Source of the DNA: an uncultured Bryobacterales bacterium
GTDB taxonomy: Bacteria > Acidobacteriota > Terriglobia > Bryobacterales > UBA6623
Assembly (NCBI GenBank): GCA_958295955.1
Contig: OY282420.1
Span: 726,236 to 790,235 of the forward strand
Reading direction: 5' to 3'
DNA length: 64,000 bases
Below the pieces are notes generated by a model. The model saw nothing but the letters and a program-made list of their open reading frames with translations, had not been told where the DNA came from and made no database searches. The translations under genes and the position numbers were made by a program. Positions 18,789 to 29,670 of this stretch are shown piece by piece; the stretch's first letter is position 1; each line of letters opens with the position of its first letter.

Positions 18789-19598
18789 ATGCCGGAAAAG
18801 CTCACAATCACGGTTCTCGGATCGGGAACCAGCGTCGGAGTGCCTACCATCGGCTGCCCCTGCGCGGTCTGCCGCTCCGACGACCCCCGCGATAAACGCC
18901 TGCGCCCGTCGGTAGTTGTCGGCTACCGCTCGGGCGGCGCGCAGCGCAACGTGCTCATCGACACGACCCCCGACCTCCGCCGGCAAGCGCTCGACTCCGG
19001 CCTCAAGAGCCTCGACGCGATCCTCTATACGCACGATCACGCCGACCACATCATGGGCCTGGACGACGTCCGCCCGTTCAACTACCGGCGACGGGAGCGC
19101 CTGCCCATATACGCCGCGCAGGAGACGCTGCGCTCGTTGCGCCGCGTGTTTCCGTATGCGTTTGCGGGCGAATCCGCCCATCCCGGAGGCGTTCCGCGCC
19201 TGACGGCCAACGAGATCGACGGCTCGCTGCTCAGCAGCGGGAGCATCGACCTGTTCGGTTTGCAATTCAAGCCGGTCAAGGTGCGCCACGGCCCGAAGAA
19301 CATCGTGGGTTTTCGTTTCGGAAACGCCGCGTACATTACCGATCAGACCGGGTTCCCGGACGAATCGCTGCCGCTGCTCACGGATCTGGACGCGCTCTTT
19401 CTCGGCGCCTTGCGGCACGTCCCGCATCCGATGCACTCGACCGTCGAGCAGGCGCTGGGCTGGGTCGCGCGTCTCCGGCCGCGGCGCGCCTTTTTCACGC
19501 ATATCTGCCACGACCTGGGACACGCGGAAACCAACGCCGGCCTGCCCCCGGGCGTTGCGCTGGCCTACGACGGGCTGCGCGTTCAGGTGGAAGAGTAA
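18789..19598 (+). CDS. MBL-fold metallo-hydrolase (PhnP-like)
   Basis: It reads LTITVLGSGTSVGVP and HDHADH (the HxHxDH motif). The start was trimmed to MPEKL at 18789. Confidence 0.8.
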   Translation: MPEKLTITVLGSGTSVGVPTIGCPCAVCRSDDPRDKRLRPSVVVGYRSGGAQRNVLIDTTPDLRRQALDSGLKSLDAILYTHDHADHIMGLDDVRPFNYRRRERLPIYAAQETLRSLRRVFPYAFAGESAHPGGVPRLTANEIDGSLLSSGSIDLFGLQFKPVKVRHGPKNIVGFRFGNAAYITDQTGFPDESLPLLTDLDALFLGALRHVPHPMHSTVEQALGWVARLRPRRAFFTHICHDLGHAETNAGLPPGVALAYDGLRVQVEE

Positions 19599-19604
19599 CC
19601 GGCG

Positions 19605-20573
19605 ATGGCTGCAAATTTTTACCGCATCGAGGAGTTGCCGGCGGGGTTCGGCCCATGCTCGCTGACGATCGGAAATTTCGACGGCGTACACCGCGGGCAC
19701 CAGGCGATCTTGCTGCGCGTGATCGCGCGCGCCCGCCGGCTGAAAATCGAATCGGCGGCGCTCACTTTCGACCCGCATCCGCTGGCGGTCGTAGCCCCCG
19801 AGCAGACCCCGCGGATATTGACGACCGTCAACGAGCGCGCGCGGCGGATTCGCGAGCTCGGCATCGACCGCGTTGTCGTCCTGCCGTTCACTCGCGAACT
19901 TTCGCGACTGACTCCCGCCGAGTTCGTGCGGCAAACGATCGTGGGCAAGCTCGCGGCGCGGCACGTCACCGTCGGAGACAACTTCCGCTTCGGGCGCCGC
20001 CAGGCGGGCGATGCGCATGAGTTGCAGCGCCTGGGCAAGGAGCTCGGCTTCGCCGTCGAAGCCGTCCCCGCAATCGAAATCGCGGGCGGCGTGGCCAGCA
20101 GCTCGCGCTTGCGCGAGGTCGCGGCGCGCGGGGAGATGCGCACCGCCCGGCGTCTGCTCGGCAGGCCGTTTTCGCTCTCCGGCAGAATCGTTCGCGGCGC
20201 AGGCATCGGCTCCAGGCAAACCGTTCCCACGCTGAACCTGGAACCCGACTCGCAGGCGCTTCCCGCGGACGGCGTTTACGTCTCGCTGACCAAAGACGCG
20301 GGCGGCGGCCGCTGCCGGGAGTCAATCAGCAATGTCGGCGTGCGGCCTACGTTCGACGGCGCCGGGCGCACCGTGGAGACCTACGTCCTCAACGAGCTTG
20401 GCGGCGAATTTCCCAAAGCCATCGAGCTGTATTTCCTGCGCCGGATTCGAGCCGAGCGGCGGTTCGCATCGGCGGAGCATCTGAAAACGCAAATTTTGAC
20501 CGACGTGCGGCTTGCCGAGCGTTATTTTGCGAAGCTCCGCTCCGTCCGCAATACGCCGGCCGCCGTTTCGTGA
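19605..20573 (+). CDS. ribF: Bifunctional riboflavin kinase / FMN adenylyltransferase
   Basis: It carries [11 protein letters not shown], a C-terminal riboflavin kinase region (PADGVY, TVETY), and is 322 aa long. Confidence 0.9.
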   Translation: MAANFYRIEELPAGFGPCSLTIGNFDGVHRGHQAILLRVIARARRLKIESAALTFDPHPLAVVAPEQTPRILTTVNERARRIRELGIDRVVVLPFTRELSRLTPAEFVRQTIVGKLAARHVTVGDNFRFGRRQAGDAHELQRLGKELGFAVEAVPAIEIAGGVASSSRLREVAARGEMRTARRLLGRPFSLSGRIVRGAGIGSRQTVPTLNLEPDSQALPADGVYVSLTKDAGGGRCRESISNVGVRPTFDGAGRTVETYVLNELGGEFPKAIELYFLRRIRAERRFASAEHLKTQILTDVRLAERYFAKLRSVRNTPAAVS

Positions 20574-20616
20574 CGCCGCGAACGGGCCGGCCGGTATTGC
20601 TAAACTGGCAGACGCC

Positions 20617-22377
20617 ATGCGCAGCGCAGCGATATCCGGACTGTTTCTTCTCTCGGCGGTTGCCCTGCCGCTCGGCTGCGGAGACGCGCCCCCCGCATCC
20701 GCCCGCCCCAACGTCGTGGTCATCCTCGCGGACGATCAGGGTTGGGGCGACCTCAGCATTCACGGCAACACCAATCTCTCGACGCCGAATATCGATTCGC
20801 TGGCCCGCGACGGCGCGCTGTTCGAGCACTTCTACGTTTGCAGCGTCTGCGCCCCCACCCGCGCCGAATTCCTGACCGGGCGCTACTACGCGCGAGGCGG
20901 CGTGCGCGGCGTCAGCACCGGCCAGGAGCGGCTGAACATCGACGAGCACACCATCGCCCAAACCTTCAAGGCCGCGGGATACGCCACCGGAGCCTTCGGC
21001 AAGTGGCACAACGGCACGCAGCATCCCTATCACCCCAACGCCCGCGGCTTCGACGAGTTCTACGGCTTCACCGAAGGACATTGGGGCCACTACTTCGACT
21101 ACGAGCTCGACCACAACGGAAAACTCGTGCGCGGCGAAGGCTTCGTCATCGACGACTTTACGAATCATGCAATCGCCTTCATCGAGCAGAACCGCGACGG
21201 CCCGTTCTTTGCCTACCTGCCGTTCAATACGCCGCACTCGCCGATGCAGGTCCCCGATGAGTTCTGGGAGCGGTTCGCAGCCAAAGACCTGGACAAGCGC
21301 CACCGCGACCCGGACATCGAGGACGTACCCAAAACACGGGCGGCGCTGGCCATGGTCGAGAACATCGACTGGAACGTCGGGCGCGTCCTCGCCAAGCTCG
21401 ACGAGCTGCAACTCAGCGAAAATACGATCGTTCTCTATTTCAGCGACAACGGTCCCAACGGTTGGCGCTGGAACGACGGCATGAAGGGTCGCAAGGGCTC
21501 GATCGACGAGGGCGGCCTGCGCGTCCCGTTTTTGATTCGCTGGACGGGCGCGATACCGGCCGGCCGCAAAGTCGGCAAAATCGCGGGGGCGATCGATCTG
21601 CTGCCCACGCTGGCCGACCTCGCGGGAATTCCCGTCAAGAGCGAAAAGCCGCTCGACGGCAAAAGCATCAAACCGCTTCTGCTGGGCGAAGAATCGGATT
21701 GGCCCGACCGCCTTCTTTTCTCGTTGCGGCGGGAACAGGTCAGCGTCCGCAGCGGGCGCTTTCGCTTGGACGCCGAGGGTCGACTGTTCGATCTTGAAGC
21801 CGACCCCGGTCAAGCGCTCGATGCCGCTGCCGAGCACGCGGAGACCGCCGCCGAGTTGCGCGCAGCCGCCGCCCGCTGGGGCGCCGAGGTGCTGCCCAAC
21901 GTCGGTCCCGACGACCGCCCCTTCCCGGTCGGCCATGCTGCCATGACCCTGCTGCCGGCCCGCGACGGCGTGCCGCACGGCGGCATCGAGCGCAGCGCCC
22001 GAGCGCCGAACTGCTCGTATTTCACGAATTGGACGAGCGCCGAAGACGCGATGACCTGGGATATCGAAGTCGCCCAAGCCGGCGATTACGAGGCGCAAAT
22101 CTATTTCGCCGCGGCCGAAGCCGGTTCGACGGTCGAACTCAGCTTCAACGGCGCCTCCGTATCCGCCAAGATCGACGAAGCCTACGATCCGCCGGCCTAC
22201 GGCGCCGCGGACGACCGCGTGCCCCGCGTCGGAGAGTCTCTGGTCAAAGACTTCAAGCCGCTGAGCCTGGGAACGATTTCTCTTGCCGCGGGGCGCGGCG
22301 AGTTGAAGCTGAGGGCGGAAGACGTCGCCGGCGGCGAAGTCGCCGAAGTGCGCTACGCAGCGCTCACGCGCAAGTGA
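20617..22377 (+). CDS. Sulfatase (Cys-type) with a C-terminal extra domain, probable lipoprotein
   Basis: It has [12 protein letters not shown] and [14 protein letters not shown], with lipobox LPLGCG. The start was trimmed to MRSAAISG at 20617. Confidence 0.9.
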   Translation: MRSAAISGLFLLSAVALPLGCGDAPPASARPNVVVILADDQGWGDLSIHGNTNLSTPNIDSLARDGALFEHFYVCSVCAPTRAEFLTGRYYARGGVRGVSTGQERLNIDEHTIAQTFKAAGYATGAFGKWHNGTQHPYHPNARGFDEFYGFTEGHWGHYFDYELDHNGKLVRGEGFVIDDFTNHAIAFIEQNRDGPFFAYLPFNTPHSPMQVPDEFWERFAAKDLDKRHRDPDIEDVPKTRAALAMVENIDWNVGRVLAKLDELQLSENTIVLYFSDNGPNGWRWNDGMKGRKGSIDEGGLRVPFLIRWTGAIPAGRKVGKIAGAIDLLPTLADLAGIPVKSEKPLDGKSIKPLLLGEESDWPDRLLFSLRREQVSVRSGRFRLDAEGRLFDLEADPGQALDAAAEHAETAAELRAAAARWGAEVLPNVGPDDRPFPVGHAAMTLLPARDGVPHGGIERSARAPNCSYFTNWTSAEDAMTWDIEVAQAGDYEAQIYFAAAEAGSTVELSFNGASVSAKIDEAYDPPAYGAADDRVPRVGESLVKDFKPLSLGTISLAAGRGELKLRAEDVAGGEVAEVRYAALTRK

Positions 22378-22401
22378 CCGGGCGCCGTCTTCGGAAAACC
22401 G

Positions 22402-24759
22402 TCAGAAACCGATCTTGACGCCGAGGTTGACCTGCCGGAACATCCCCGGCTGAATGCCTTGCGGCGCCCGCGAAGCGATATAGAGCTTGTCGAACAGGTT
22501 CTTGACCGTGAAGTAGGGCTGAAGCTCCCAGCGCTCGCATCGAATCTCGTAGTCCACGATCAGGTTCGTGACGCTGTAGGCCGGCAGCAGGCCGATCGTG
22601 CCGTCCGCCGAAGGCATGAACGTTTCGTTGCGGTCGCCGAACCGGTCGCCGATGGAGTTGAGATCGAGTTGTATCCCGGGGCCGTTCGCCCGCCGCAGCC
22701 CGGCGATCAAGCCGAACGTATTGCGCGGCGCATACGGCAGCCGGTTGCCCCCGTAAAGCTCGTTTTCGCGGAACTGCGCCGTGCTCAGGCGCATGTGGCG
22801 GACATCGGTGTAGAGGCTCCAGCGGCCGAGATCGGCCAACTCGTTCCAGTTGACGCGCAGCGAGCTCTCGAGCCCCTCGTGCAGCGAGGCGCCGCCGTTA
22901 ACCAGAGTCGTCGTCGCCCCGCCCGACTCCGCCGCCGTAATGACCTGGTTCGAGAAATCCAGGCGGAAATAGCTGAACTCGCCGCTGACGGCCCTCTGTC
23001 CGCCGAATCGGATGCCCGCTTCGTAGTTCCAGGACAACTCCGCGTCGAGCTGCAGATTGTCGCCGTCGCCGTTGATCGCGATTTTTGTTCGCGGGGGAGC
23101 GAACCCGCGATGCAGGCCGGCGAAAAACGTCACCTCGTCGGTTGCGCGCAGCGCGGCGCCCAGCCCCGGAATCGCCTTCGTGATGTCGTTGTCTTGCAGG
23201 CGGTCGACGTCGGTTGGAACGCCGCTCACCCGCATGCGTAAAATATGCCGCTCCTGATTGTAGCTCTCCAGGCGCAGCCCCGGCGTCAGCGTAAGGCGCG
23301 AGCCCAACTTGAAACGGTTTTGAAAGTAGGCCGAAAACGCCCGGCCCGCGCGCTTCTCGTCGTCGCGGACAATGCCGCTTCGAGCGTTGAACGGAGCGCC
23401 GTTCACCCGTTGATCGCGCGCTTTTTCATAGACGTAGCGCAGGCCGAAATCCAGGCTGCCGTAACCGTGCTCGACGCGGGCGCCGGACTGCGCCCCGAAA
23501 ACCTGGAAGTCGCGGTTGCGGTTGCCCGCCGAGTCGCGCAGAAACAACGCGCCGCCGGGGATGGAGGGGTCTCCGAAGACACCCAGATAGTTGCGGCCGC
23601 GGTCGCTGCGGTCAAAATCCTGACGCCCCCAGAAACGCTTCGTCGCATAGGTGAAAAGCGTCGTGTTCCACACCATTCGCGGGCCGACCACGTAGGCGTG
23701 CGAGACGGACGCCGCCTTGCGCTCTACGGCGAGCGCGTCGCTCGGAACCGCGTTCTGATTCGGGTCGGCAGCGAACATGGGCTGCGTGAGGCCGACATAG
23801 GTGGAATTGGATATTTCCTCGTAAAGAGAGCCTTTGACGGCGAACGTGTGGCGCTCGTTGGGCTTCAGAATGAGCTTCCCCTGAAGGTCGTCGATGTCGA
23901 AGAAAAAGTCGCGCCAACCGTCGCCTTGCTTGTGCAAGTAATTGGCGATCCAACCGATCGTTTGACCGCGGTTGCTTCCGCCGAGCGAGCCGTTGCCGAT
24001 GAACAGGCCGCGCCCGCCGCCCTCGATATCGAAATCGCCGTGCAGCTTCGACGGCGGGTCGGGCGTGACGAAGTTGACGACGCCGCCCACGGTTTGCGGG
24101 CCGTGTACGATTTGGCCGCTGCCCTTGAGAATTTCCACGCGGCGCATGCGCTCGACCGGCGGCGAATAATACATTTCCGGCTCGCCGTAAGGCGCGAGGG
24201 CGATCGGAATGCCGTCTTCCAGCATCAGCACCTTGCGGCTGCGGTCAGGGTTGAGCCCGCGGATACCGACATTGAGGCGCATCGCCATCGGGCCGGAATC
24301 CTCGCGAACGGTCACTCCGGGCGCGCGCCGCAACACTTCGTTGGCGTCGAGCGGTTTGGAGATCTCCAGTTCGTCTTCTAAAATCAGATGCATCGACCCC
24401 GGAATTTCGGTACGCAAATCCTCGGACCGAGCGACCACTTCGATCGAAGTTGCGTGCCGCTTGAGCCTGGTCAGCCGGACGGGAAACTCGACCGTCTGCG
24501 CCGAGCCGCGAAACTCGGCCGGCTCGAAATCGGCGGCCGTCACGCGCAGCGTGAACGCCCCGGCGGGAACCCGCTCGAGGCGGTAAACGCCGAACCAGTC
24601 GGTACGCGCCCGCTCTTTCGTTTCAACGACTTCAACCACCGCGCCGGAAATCGGAAACTCGCCGGCGCCCGTAACGGTCCCCTGGAGAGCGCGGTCTTCG
24701 GCGGCGCTTGGCGAAGCCGCGGCCAGCACGGCCAGCGCAAGGAACGGCAACTTGCACAT
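22402..24759 (-). CDS. TonB-dependent receptor with an N-terminal CarboxypepD_reg-like domain
   Basis: A signal peptide is followed by GTVTGAGEFPISGAVVEVV...YRLERVPAGAFTLRV, a plug region, and a terminal beta-barrel ending in ...NLGVKIGF. Confidence 0.85.
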   Translation of the reverse strand: MCKLPFLALAVLAAASPSAAEDRALQGTVTGAGEFPISGAVVEVVETKERARTDWFGVYRLERVPAGAFTLRVTAADFEPAEFRGSAQTVEFPVRLTRLKRHATSIEVVARSEDLRTEIPGSMHLILEDELEISKPLDANEVLRRAPGVTVREDSGPMAMRLNVGIRGLNPDRSRKVLMLEDGIPIALAPYGEPEMYYSPPVERMRRVEILKGSGQIVHGPQTVGGVVNFVTPDPPSKLHGDFDIEGGGRGLFIGNGSLGGSNRGQTIGWIANYLHKQGDGWRDFFFDIDDLQGKLILKPNERHTFAVKGSLYEEISNSTYVGLTQPMFAADPNQNAVPSDALAVERKAASVSHAYVVGPRMVWNTTLFTYATKRFWGRQDFDRSDRGRNYLGVFGDPSIPGGALFLRDSAGNRNRDFQVFGAQSGARVEHGYGSLDFGLRYVYEKARDQRVNGAPFNARSGIVRDDEKRAGRAFSAYFQNRFKLGSRLTLTPGLRLESYNQERHILRMRVSGVPTDVDRLQDNDITKAIPGLGAALRATDEVTFFAGLHRGFAPPRTKIAINGDGDNLQLDAELSWNYEAGIRFGGQRAVSGEFSYFRLDFSNQVITAAESGGATTTLVNGGASLHEGLESSLRVNWNELADLGRWSLYTDVRHMRLSTAQFRENELYGGNRLPYAPRNTFGLIAGLRRANGPGIQLDLNSIGDRFGDRNETFMPSADGTIGLLPAYSVTNLIVDYEIRCERWELQPYFTVKNLFDKLYIASRAPQGIQPGMFRQVNLGVKIGF

Positions 24760-24900
24760 TATGGGAATTTCCCTCTCTGGCTCCGGGAGCAGAAGACGCC
24801 CTGCCGAAATCCCAAGCTAACAGTATTTGCAAATGGATCGCAAGTAATTTTTTTGTAACGGCATTTCAAGCCGCGGCCGCGGCTCGGTTAGCATGGTCGA

Positions 24901-25893
24901 GTGAGCCGCGCGCTGGTCATCGGCGGGACTCTTTTTATCGGCCGGGCGCTGGTGCGGCTGCTTCTGGACCGCGGCGACGAAGTCACGATTCTGCATCGCG
25001 GCAAGCAGAATCCCTTTGCCGGTCGAACGGCTGAAATTCGCTGTGACCGCAACGACGCCGCGGCCGTCGCCAAGGCCCTTGCCGGCCGCGGGTTCGAGTT
25101 GGTTTTCGACAACGTGTACGACTGGCGGCGCGGAACGACCGCCGCCCATATCGAAGCAGCGGCGGCGGCCTGCGGCCCCGGCTTGCGTCGTTACGTGTTC
25201 CTGTCGAGTTGCGCGGCATACGGCAACGGACTCGACCTGAGCGAAGACGCTCCGCTGGCGCCTGCCGACGCCCCCGATCTCTATTGCCGCAACAAGGCCG
25301 ATTCCGAGCGCCTGCTGTTCCGCCTGCACCGAGAGAGCGGCTTTCCGGCGGTAACGCTGCGGCCGCCGTACGTTTACGGCCCGGAGAACCCGTTCTACCG
25401 CGAAGCCTTCTTCTGGGATCGCCTGACGGCCGGCCGGCCCGTCATCGTTCCGGGGGACGGCAGCCGCTTGATGCAATTTGTTCTCAGCACGGACTTGGCC
25501 CGAGCCGCCCTGCTGGCGGCGGATGCGCCCGCGGCGCCCGGAAGAGCCTACAACATTGCCAACGCCGAGCCGGTTACGCAGACCGCCTTGGCGCATGCTC
25601 TGGCCGAGGCCGCCGGAGTCGAGCCCGCAATCCGCTATGTCCCTCGAAGCCGAATCGCAGCGCTCGGCGGCAACGTTTTCGCGCCTCCGCTCTACTTCGG
25701 GCAGTATTTCGATCTGCCGCCCATCACGGAGAACATCGCCCGCGCCCGCCGGGAGCTCGGGTTCGAGCCGACGCCCTTCAACGAGGGGCTGCGGCGGACC
25801 TGGGAATGGCATTCGGCGCAGCCGGACCGTCCCGCCCCCGATTTTTCGTTCGACGAAAAACTGTTGGGCGATTCATCCCCTCTGACAAACTGA
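24901..25893 (+). CDS. NAD-dependent epimerase/dehydratase family protein
   Basis: The N-terminal Rossmann fold reads ALVIGGTLFIGRALVRLL. The track gives a GTG start. Confidence 0.8.
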   Translation: MSRALVIGGTLFIGRALVRLLLDRGDEVTILHRGKQNPFAGRTAEIRCDRNDAAAVAKALAGRGFELVFDNVYDWRRGTTAAHIEAAAAACGPGLRRYVFLSSCAAYGNGLDLSEDAPLAPADAPDLYCRNKADSERLLFRLHRESGFPAVTLRPPYVYGPENPFYREAFFWDRLTAGRPVIVPGDGSRLMQFVLSTDLARAALLAADAPAAPGRAYNIANAEPVTQTALAHALAEAAGVEPAIRYVPRSRIAALGGNVFAPPLYFGQYFDLPPITENIARARRELGFEPTPFNEGLRRTWEWHSAQPDRPAPDFSFDEKLLGDSSPLTN

Positions 25894-25933
25894 CGGAACA
25901 GGTTTTCGCGCGAGCGCCTATGATGGATGGACG

Positions 25934-27028
25934 ATGAGAAGCGGAATGCGCATCGACCGCAAGACGACCTTGACCGCCGCCCTGCTCGTTTTGGGCTGGG
26001 CCGCCGTTTCGGTTGACGGCGGCCCCGGCGTCCGCGCCGCGTCAACGTCCGGGCAGGTCTCCGACACGCACGTTTTCGACGAGGTTGCGCCGGGCGTTTA
26101 TTTCGCCGCGGGCACGGGCGCGCTCAACGTCGCCAGCAACGCCATGGTCGTCGTCAACGAAGAAGACGTCGTGGTCGTCGATTCGCACATTACGCCCGAC
26201 GCGGCGCGCGCGCTGATCCAATCCGTGAAGGCCGTTTCCGCAAAGCCGATCCGCTACCTGATCAACAGCCACTTCCACTTCGACCACGCGCACGGCAACC
26301 AGGCGTTCCCCGAGGGGGTCGAGATCATCGGCCACGAGTACACCCGCGAGCGGCTGCTGGGGAACGTCCTGGACGAGCCCACCTACCGCGTGATCGGCAG
26401 CCCTCCGGCGCAGCGGAAGATCATCGCCGCCCTGGAGTCGCAACTGGACGGCGCAACGGGAAAAGCCCGCGAGTCGCTGCAACTGCGCATCGCGGCGCTC
26501 GAACGCCACGTCAAAGCTCTGGGCGAAGTGAGGCCCACGCCGCCGACGATTACGCTCAAGCACAAGATGACCCTGTTCCGCGGGTCGCGCGAAATCAGGA
26601 TTCTGCACTTGGGCCGCGCACACACGGGCGGAGACGTTGTCGTTTACCTGCCCGCCGAAAAAATCCTGTTCACCGGAGACTTGTTTTACGACGGCCCGCC
26701 CTATCTCGGGGATTCTTTCCCGGAGGAATTCGTTGCCGCGCTGGAGAGACTCAAGGCTATCGAGTTCGAGACGATTGTGCCCGGCCACGGCCCGCTGGTC
26801 CGCGACCCGCGAAAGATCGGCGTCCGCCAGGACTACATTCGACGCTACCGCAGCGAGGTTTCCGCGCTGCGCAAACAGGGGCTTTCCGCCGAAGAGGCCG
26901 CGGCGCGCCTGAGCTTTGCCGGATTCGGCCACTACCCCGGCCTCGAATCCCGCAACCGCGGAACCGTGGGACTGGAAATCCGCCGCATGTACCAAGAGCT
27001 CGAGGGCAAGCGAGTATCTGCAAGATGA
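25934..27028 (+). CDS. MBL-fold metallo-hydrolase (beta-lactamase-like), secreted
   Basis: It has INSHFHFDHAHGN (the HxHxDH motif) and a signal-like N-terminus. Confidence 0.8.
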   Translation: MRSGMRIDRKTTLTAALLVLGWAAVSVDGGPGVRAASTSGQVSDTHVFDEVAPGVYFAAGTGALNVASNAMVVVNEEDVVVVDSHITPDAARALIQSVKAVSAKPIRYLINSHFHFDHAHGNQAFPEGVEIIGHEYTRERLLGNVLDEPTYRVIGSPPAQRKIIAALESQLDGATGKARESLQLRIAALERHVKALGEVRPTPPTITLKHKMTLFRGSREIRILHLGRAHTGGDVVVYLPAEKILFTGDLFYDGPPYLGDSFPEEFVAALERLKAIEFETIVPGHGPLVRDPRKIGVRQDYIRRYRSEVSALRKQGLSAEEAAARLSFAGFGHYPGLESRNRGTVGLEIRRMYQELEGKRVSAR

Positions 27029-27504
27029 CGAAGATCCAAAGGATGCATGGGCTTTTAGCCCTTTTATTTCTGGCCGGCGCGTCGGGGGATGCAGCGATTA
27101 AGCCGGATTGGTCGAAGGTGCGGGCGATACAGCCCGGAAGAGTAGCCGTCGTGCTGTTGTACGAAGATGCGGCTCCCGCGGGAAGTCGGAAGATCAAAGG
27201 ACTCTTCAGCTCGGCCACCGACGAATCCGTCACGCTCGCCATGAAGAACGGGCAATCGCGCACAGCAGAGAAACGCGCCGTACGCAAGGTGCTGGTTCGC
27301 CGCCCGTTCGCGAAACGATACCTGGGATGGATTGCCGCGGGAGTGTCCGCCGCAGTCATAGAACTGGGATTGAGCGATGATCTGTCTGCCGAGGCTCGCA
27401 TCCTCCACGCAGCGGTCACGCTCCCCGCCGCCGCCCTTCTTTTCTACGGTTCGCGGATGGGAGGGGTTTACAATGTGCCGCCCAAGCACAGGAGTTCTCC
27501 GTAG
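27025..27504 (+). CDS. Hypothetical secreted/membrane protein
   Basis: 159 aa, with a signal-like N-terminus LLALLFLAGASG and a 4-bp ATGA overlap with the upstream gene. No family recognised. Confidence 0.55.
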   Translation: MTKIQRMHGLLALLFLAGASGDAAIKPDWSKVRAIQPGRVAVVLLYEDAAPAGSRKIKGLFSSATDESVTLAMKNGQSRTAEKRAVRKVLVRRPFAKRYLGWIAAGVSAAVIELGLSDDLSAEARILHAAVTLPAAALLFYGSRMGGVYNVPPKHRSSP

Positions 27505-27881
27505 CGGGGAGGCTCTCGATCTTGAGTTCCCCTTTCCGCGGACCCCGGGCAACACGGCGTTCCGATTGTCGGCCTGCGGGCGCTGCCCGCCGGCAGAATG
27601 CGTTGGCCGGCGGGGCGGCCGTCGTAAAGCCCTTTGAGGAAGTTCCTCCAGGCGCGGTATTTGTGGATCTCGTCGAAAAACCAGAACGCGCCCGGCGGCA
27701 GCTCGCGGCGCAGGATCCGCCCCCGGTGATCGGGGATATCCCAGTTCAGGTAGCCGCTCCGCGCGCCGGGCAACGACAGTCCCAACGTCGTCTTCCCGAC
27801 CTGCCCGGGGCCGGCAATGAAGGCCGGCTTGCCGGCAATATCCGCCTCGACCCGTTCCCGCAGGTAGCGCCGCTCCAACAC
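27468..27881 (-). pseudogene. Truncated AAA ATPase (AAA_14/DUF4143-type) N-terminal remnant
   Basis: It contains P-loop GPGQVGKTT, YLNWD and FFDEIHKYRAWRNFLKGLYD as in the about 390-aa family. The ORF ends after 137 aa, and the available space up to the neighbouring gene is too short for a full copy. Confidence 0.6.
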
Positions 27882-27972
27882 GCTTTGAATTTACAGACAA
27901 ATTCACCCTCTGGGAAATATATCCGCAGATTTTTTTGACTGGGGTGAAATTGTTTGCGCCGGGGCTAAACGC

Positions 27973-29178
27973 CTAACCCGGCAAGTCGAGTTTCGTCAAG
28001 AAGATCGGCAATCCGGCCTTGTTCGCGTAATTCGGGCGGTAGCGTTCCGTGTTGTACATCGTGGTCAGATCGACGCTGCGCGCTTTTGCTCCCGCCGCGG
28101 GAATCGGCGCATCGACGTAACGCCCCTGCTGAATCGCCGTCATCAGCCCCGAAGCGCCGTCGGCGATGCGCTCGACGGCCATGGTCGCGAAGGTCGTCGC
28201 CACCATCTTGTCGAGGAAGTCCGGCGCCCCGCCGCGCAAGTCGTAAGTCAAGTCGCTCACGACCGTGTCTTCCTTGGCGAGCCGCTTGACCTGTTGGCTG
28301 AACGCTTCGGCGATGTTGACTTTTTTCCGATGGCCGTAGGCGTCGGCCTCGCCGTATTCCTCGATTTTGCGCCCGGTCCACGTCGCGCCTTCGGAGAGAA
28401 CCACCAGCGCGTAATTGCTCGGGTTGTTTTTCTTGTCGGTCATCAACAGGTCGATTAATTTCTGGAGGTCGAAGCGGTGTTCGGGGATGCAGCAGCGGAT
28501 CGAGGAGACGTATGCCGTGTAAAGCGCCGTGAAGCCGGCGTCCCGTCCGAAGATGCGGAAAATGCCGATGCGCTCGTGCGAGCCGATGGTCGTCCGTTGC
28601 CGCTGGATGTTGTCCACCGCCCGCGTAATCGCCGTCGAAAAACCGATGCAGTACTCCGTGTTCGGCACGTCGTTGTCCATCGTCTTGGGCACGCAGATGA
28701 CCGGGAACCTCTCGTCGTGCAGCGTCCGCGCGTAGCTCAGCGTGTCGTCGCCGCCGATCGCGACGAGCGCATCCATGCCGAGTTGCTGCAGGTTCTCCAA
28801 GACCGCCGGCGTCAGATCCAAGACGCCCGGGGCGATCTCTTTGAAGGAACCCAGCTTGGGCCGCAGGTGGTCGGGGACGTCCGGCGCCTTCATCCGCGAC
28901 GGTTTCGTGCGGGAAGAGTGCAGGAAGGTTCCGCCGGTGCGGTCCACGGTGCGCGTGTTGCGGCGGTTCAGCGGGAGAATGTACTGCGGGTCCTCGCCGT
29001 TGATGAGATTGACGTGGGTCAGGCCCTTCCAGCCCCGGCGGATGCCGACCACTTCCACGTCGTGATGCGAACTGCCGTACACCACCGATTTGATGACGGC
29101 GTTGAGGCCGGGGACATCGCCTCCGCCAGTCAGAATGCCAATGCGTTTCGCTGCCATGCGATGACTCTTTGTATTCAA
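27973..29178 (-). CDS. pfp: 6-phosphofructokinase, with residues diagnostic of the PPi-dependent type
   Basis: It carries IGILTGGGDVPGLNAVI. GGDD (not GGDG) and PKTMDND (Lys, not Gly) are the positions classically separating PPi-PFK from ATP-PFK. Confidence 0.85.
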   Translation of the reverse strand: MNTKSHRMAAKRIGILTGGGDVPGLNAVIKSVVYGSSHHDVEVVGIRRGWKGLTHVNLINGEDPQYILPLNRRNTRTVDRTGGTFLHSSRTKPSRMKAPDVPDHLRPKLGSFKEIAPGVLDLTPAVLENLQQLGMDALVAIGGDDTLSYARTLHDERFPVICVPKTMDNDVPNTEYCIGFSTAITRAVDNIQRQRTTIGSHERIGIFRIFGRDAGFTALYTAYVSSIRCCIPEHRFDLQKLIDLLMTDKKNNPSNYALVVLSEGATWTGRKIEEYGEADAYGHRKKVNIAEAFSQQVKRLAKEDTVVSDLTYDLRGGAPDFLDKMVATTFATMAVERIADGASGLMTAIQQGRYVDAPIPAAGAKARSVDLTTMYNTERYRPNYANKAGLPIFLTKLDLPG

Positions 29179-29181
29179 TCC

Positions 29182-29670
29182 TTAAGAAGATTCCGGGCTT
29201 GCAGGCCGTTCCGCGCCCGTGAACGGCTCGTCCATCCGCCCCATCTCCCAGCCTAAATGATTGATGTAGAACAACACGAGCGCTTCGCCGCGCCGCTCTC
29301 GAAACTCGGCGAAGACCTTCTGCCGCCAACCGTCTTTCAGCTTTTCGCCCGGGTCGGCGTCCTTGTCGAAGAAGCCGTTCCCGTCGTGGGGTATCTCCAG
29401 AAAATCGAGAACGTTGACGACGAAGTCGATGTTCGACACCAGTACCGCCTGGGCGAAATCGCGCGCCAAGCCGCCGTCGCCGCCGGCAATCCGCTCCCAC
29501 AGCTTCGGGGACGCGCGACGGAGCCGCTGCCGATTGAGCTTGCCGAGACGGCTGCGCGCCTTGAAACCCTCGTAAACCGAGTAGGTCTTCAGCGCGCCTA
29601 TCGATACGCTGCTCACGAGAGTATCGAACCGCTGCTGCCCGAGTGCCCGGTACGCATCGGTCAGTTGCAT
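29182..29670 (-). CDS. Hypothetical protein (162 aa)
   Basis: This is the in-frame Met (MQLTDAYRALG) inside track ORF 29182..30387; the upstream part of that ORF is a shadow over the methyltransferase gene. No family recognised. Confidence 0.5.
   Translation of the reverse strand: MQLTDAYRALGQQRFDTLVSSVSIGALKTYSVYEGFKARSRLGKLNRQRLRRASPKLWERIAGGDGGLARDFAQAVLVSNIDFVVNVLDFLEIPHDGNGFFDKDADPGEKLKDGWRQKVFAEFRERRGEALVLFYINHLGWEMGRMDEPFTGAERPASPESS

Noticed and set aside
24760..24900. A possible riboswitch (for example cobalamin) in the leader of the TonB-dependent receptor gene
   Set aside because: I could not find the conserved B12-box or any other riboswitch core motif by eye. A covariance-model scan (Rfam/Infernal) would be needed to be sure.
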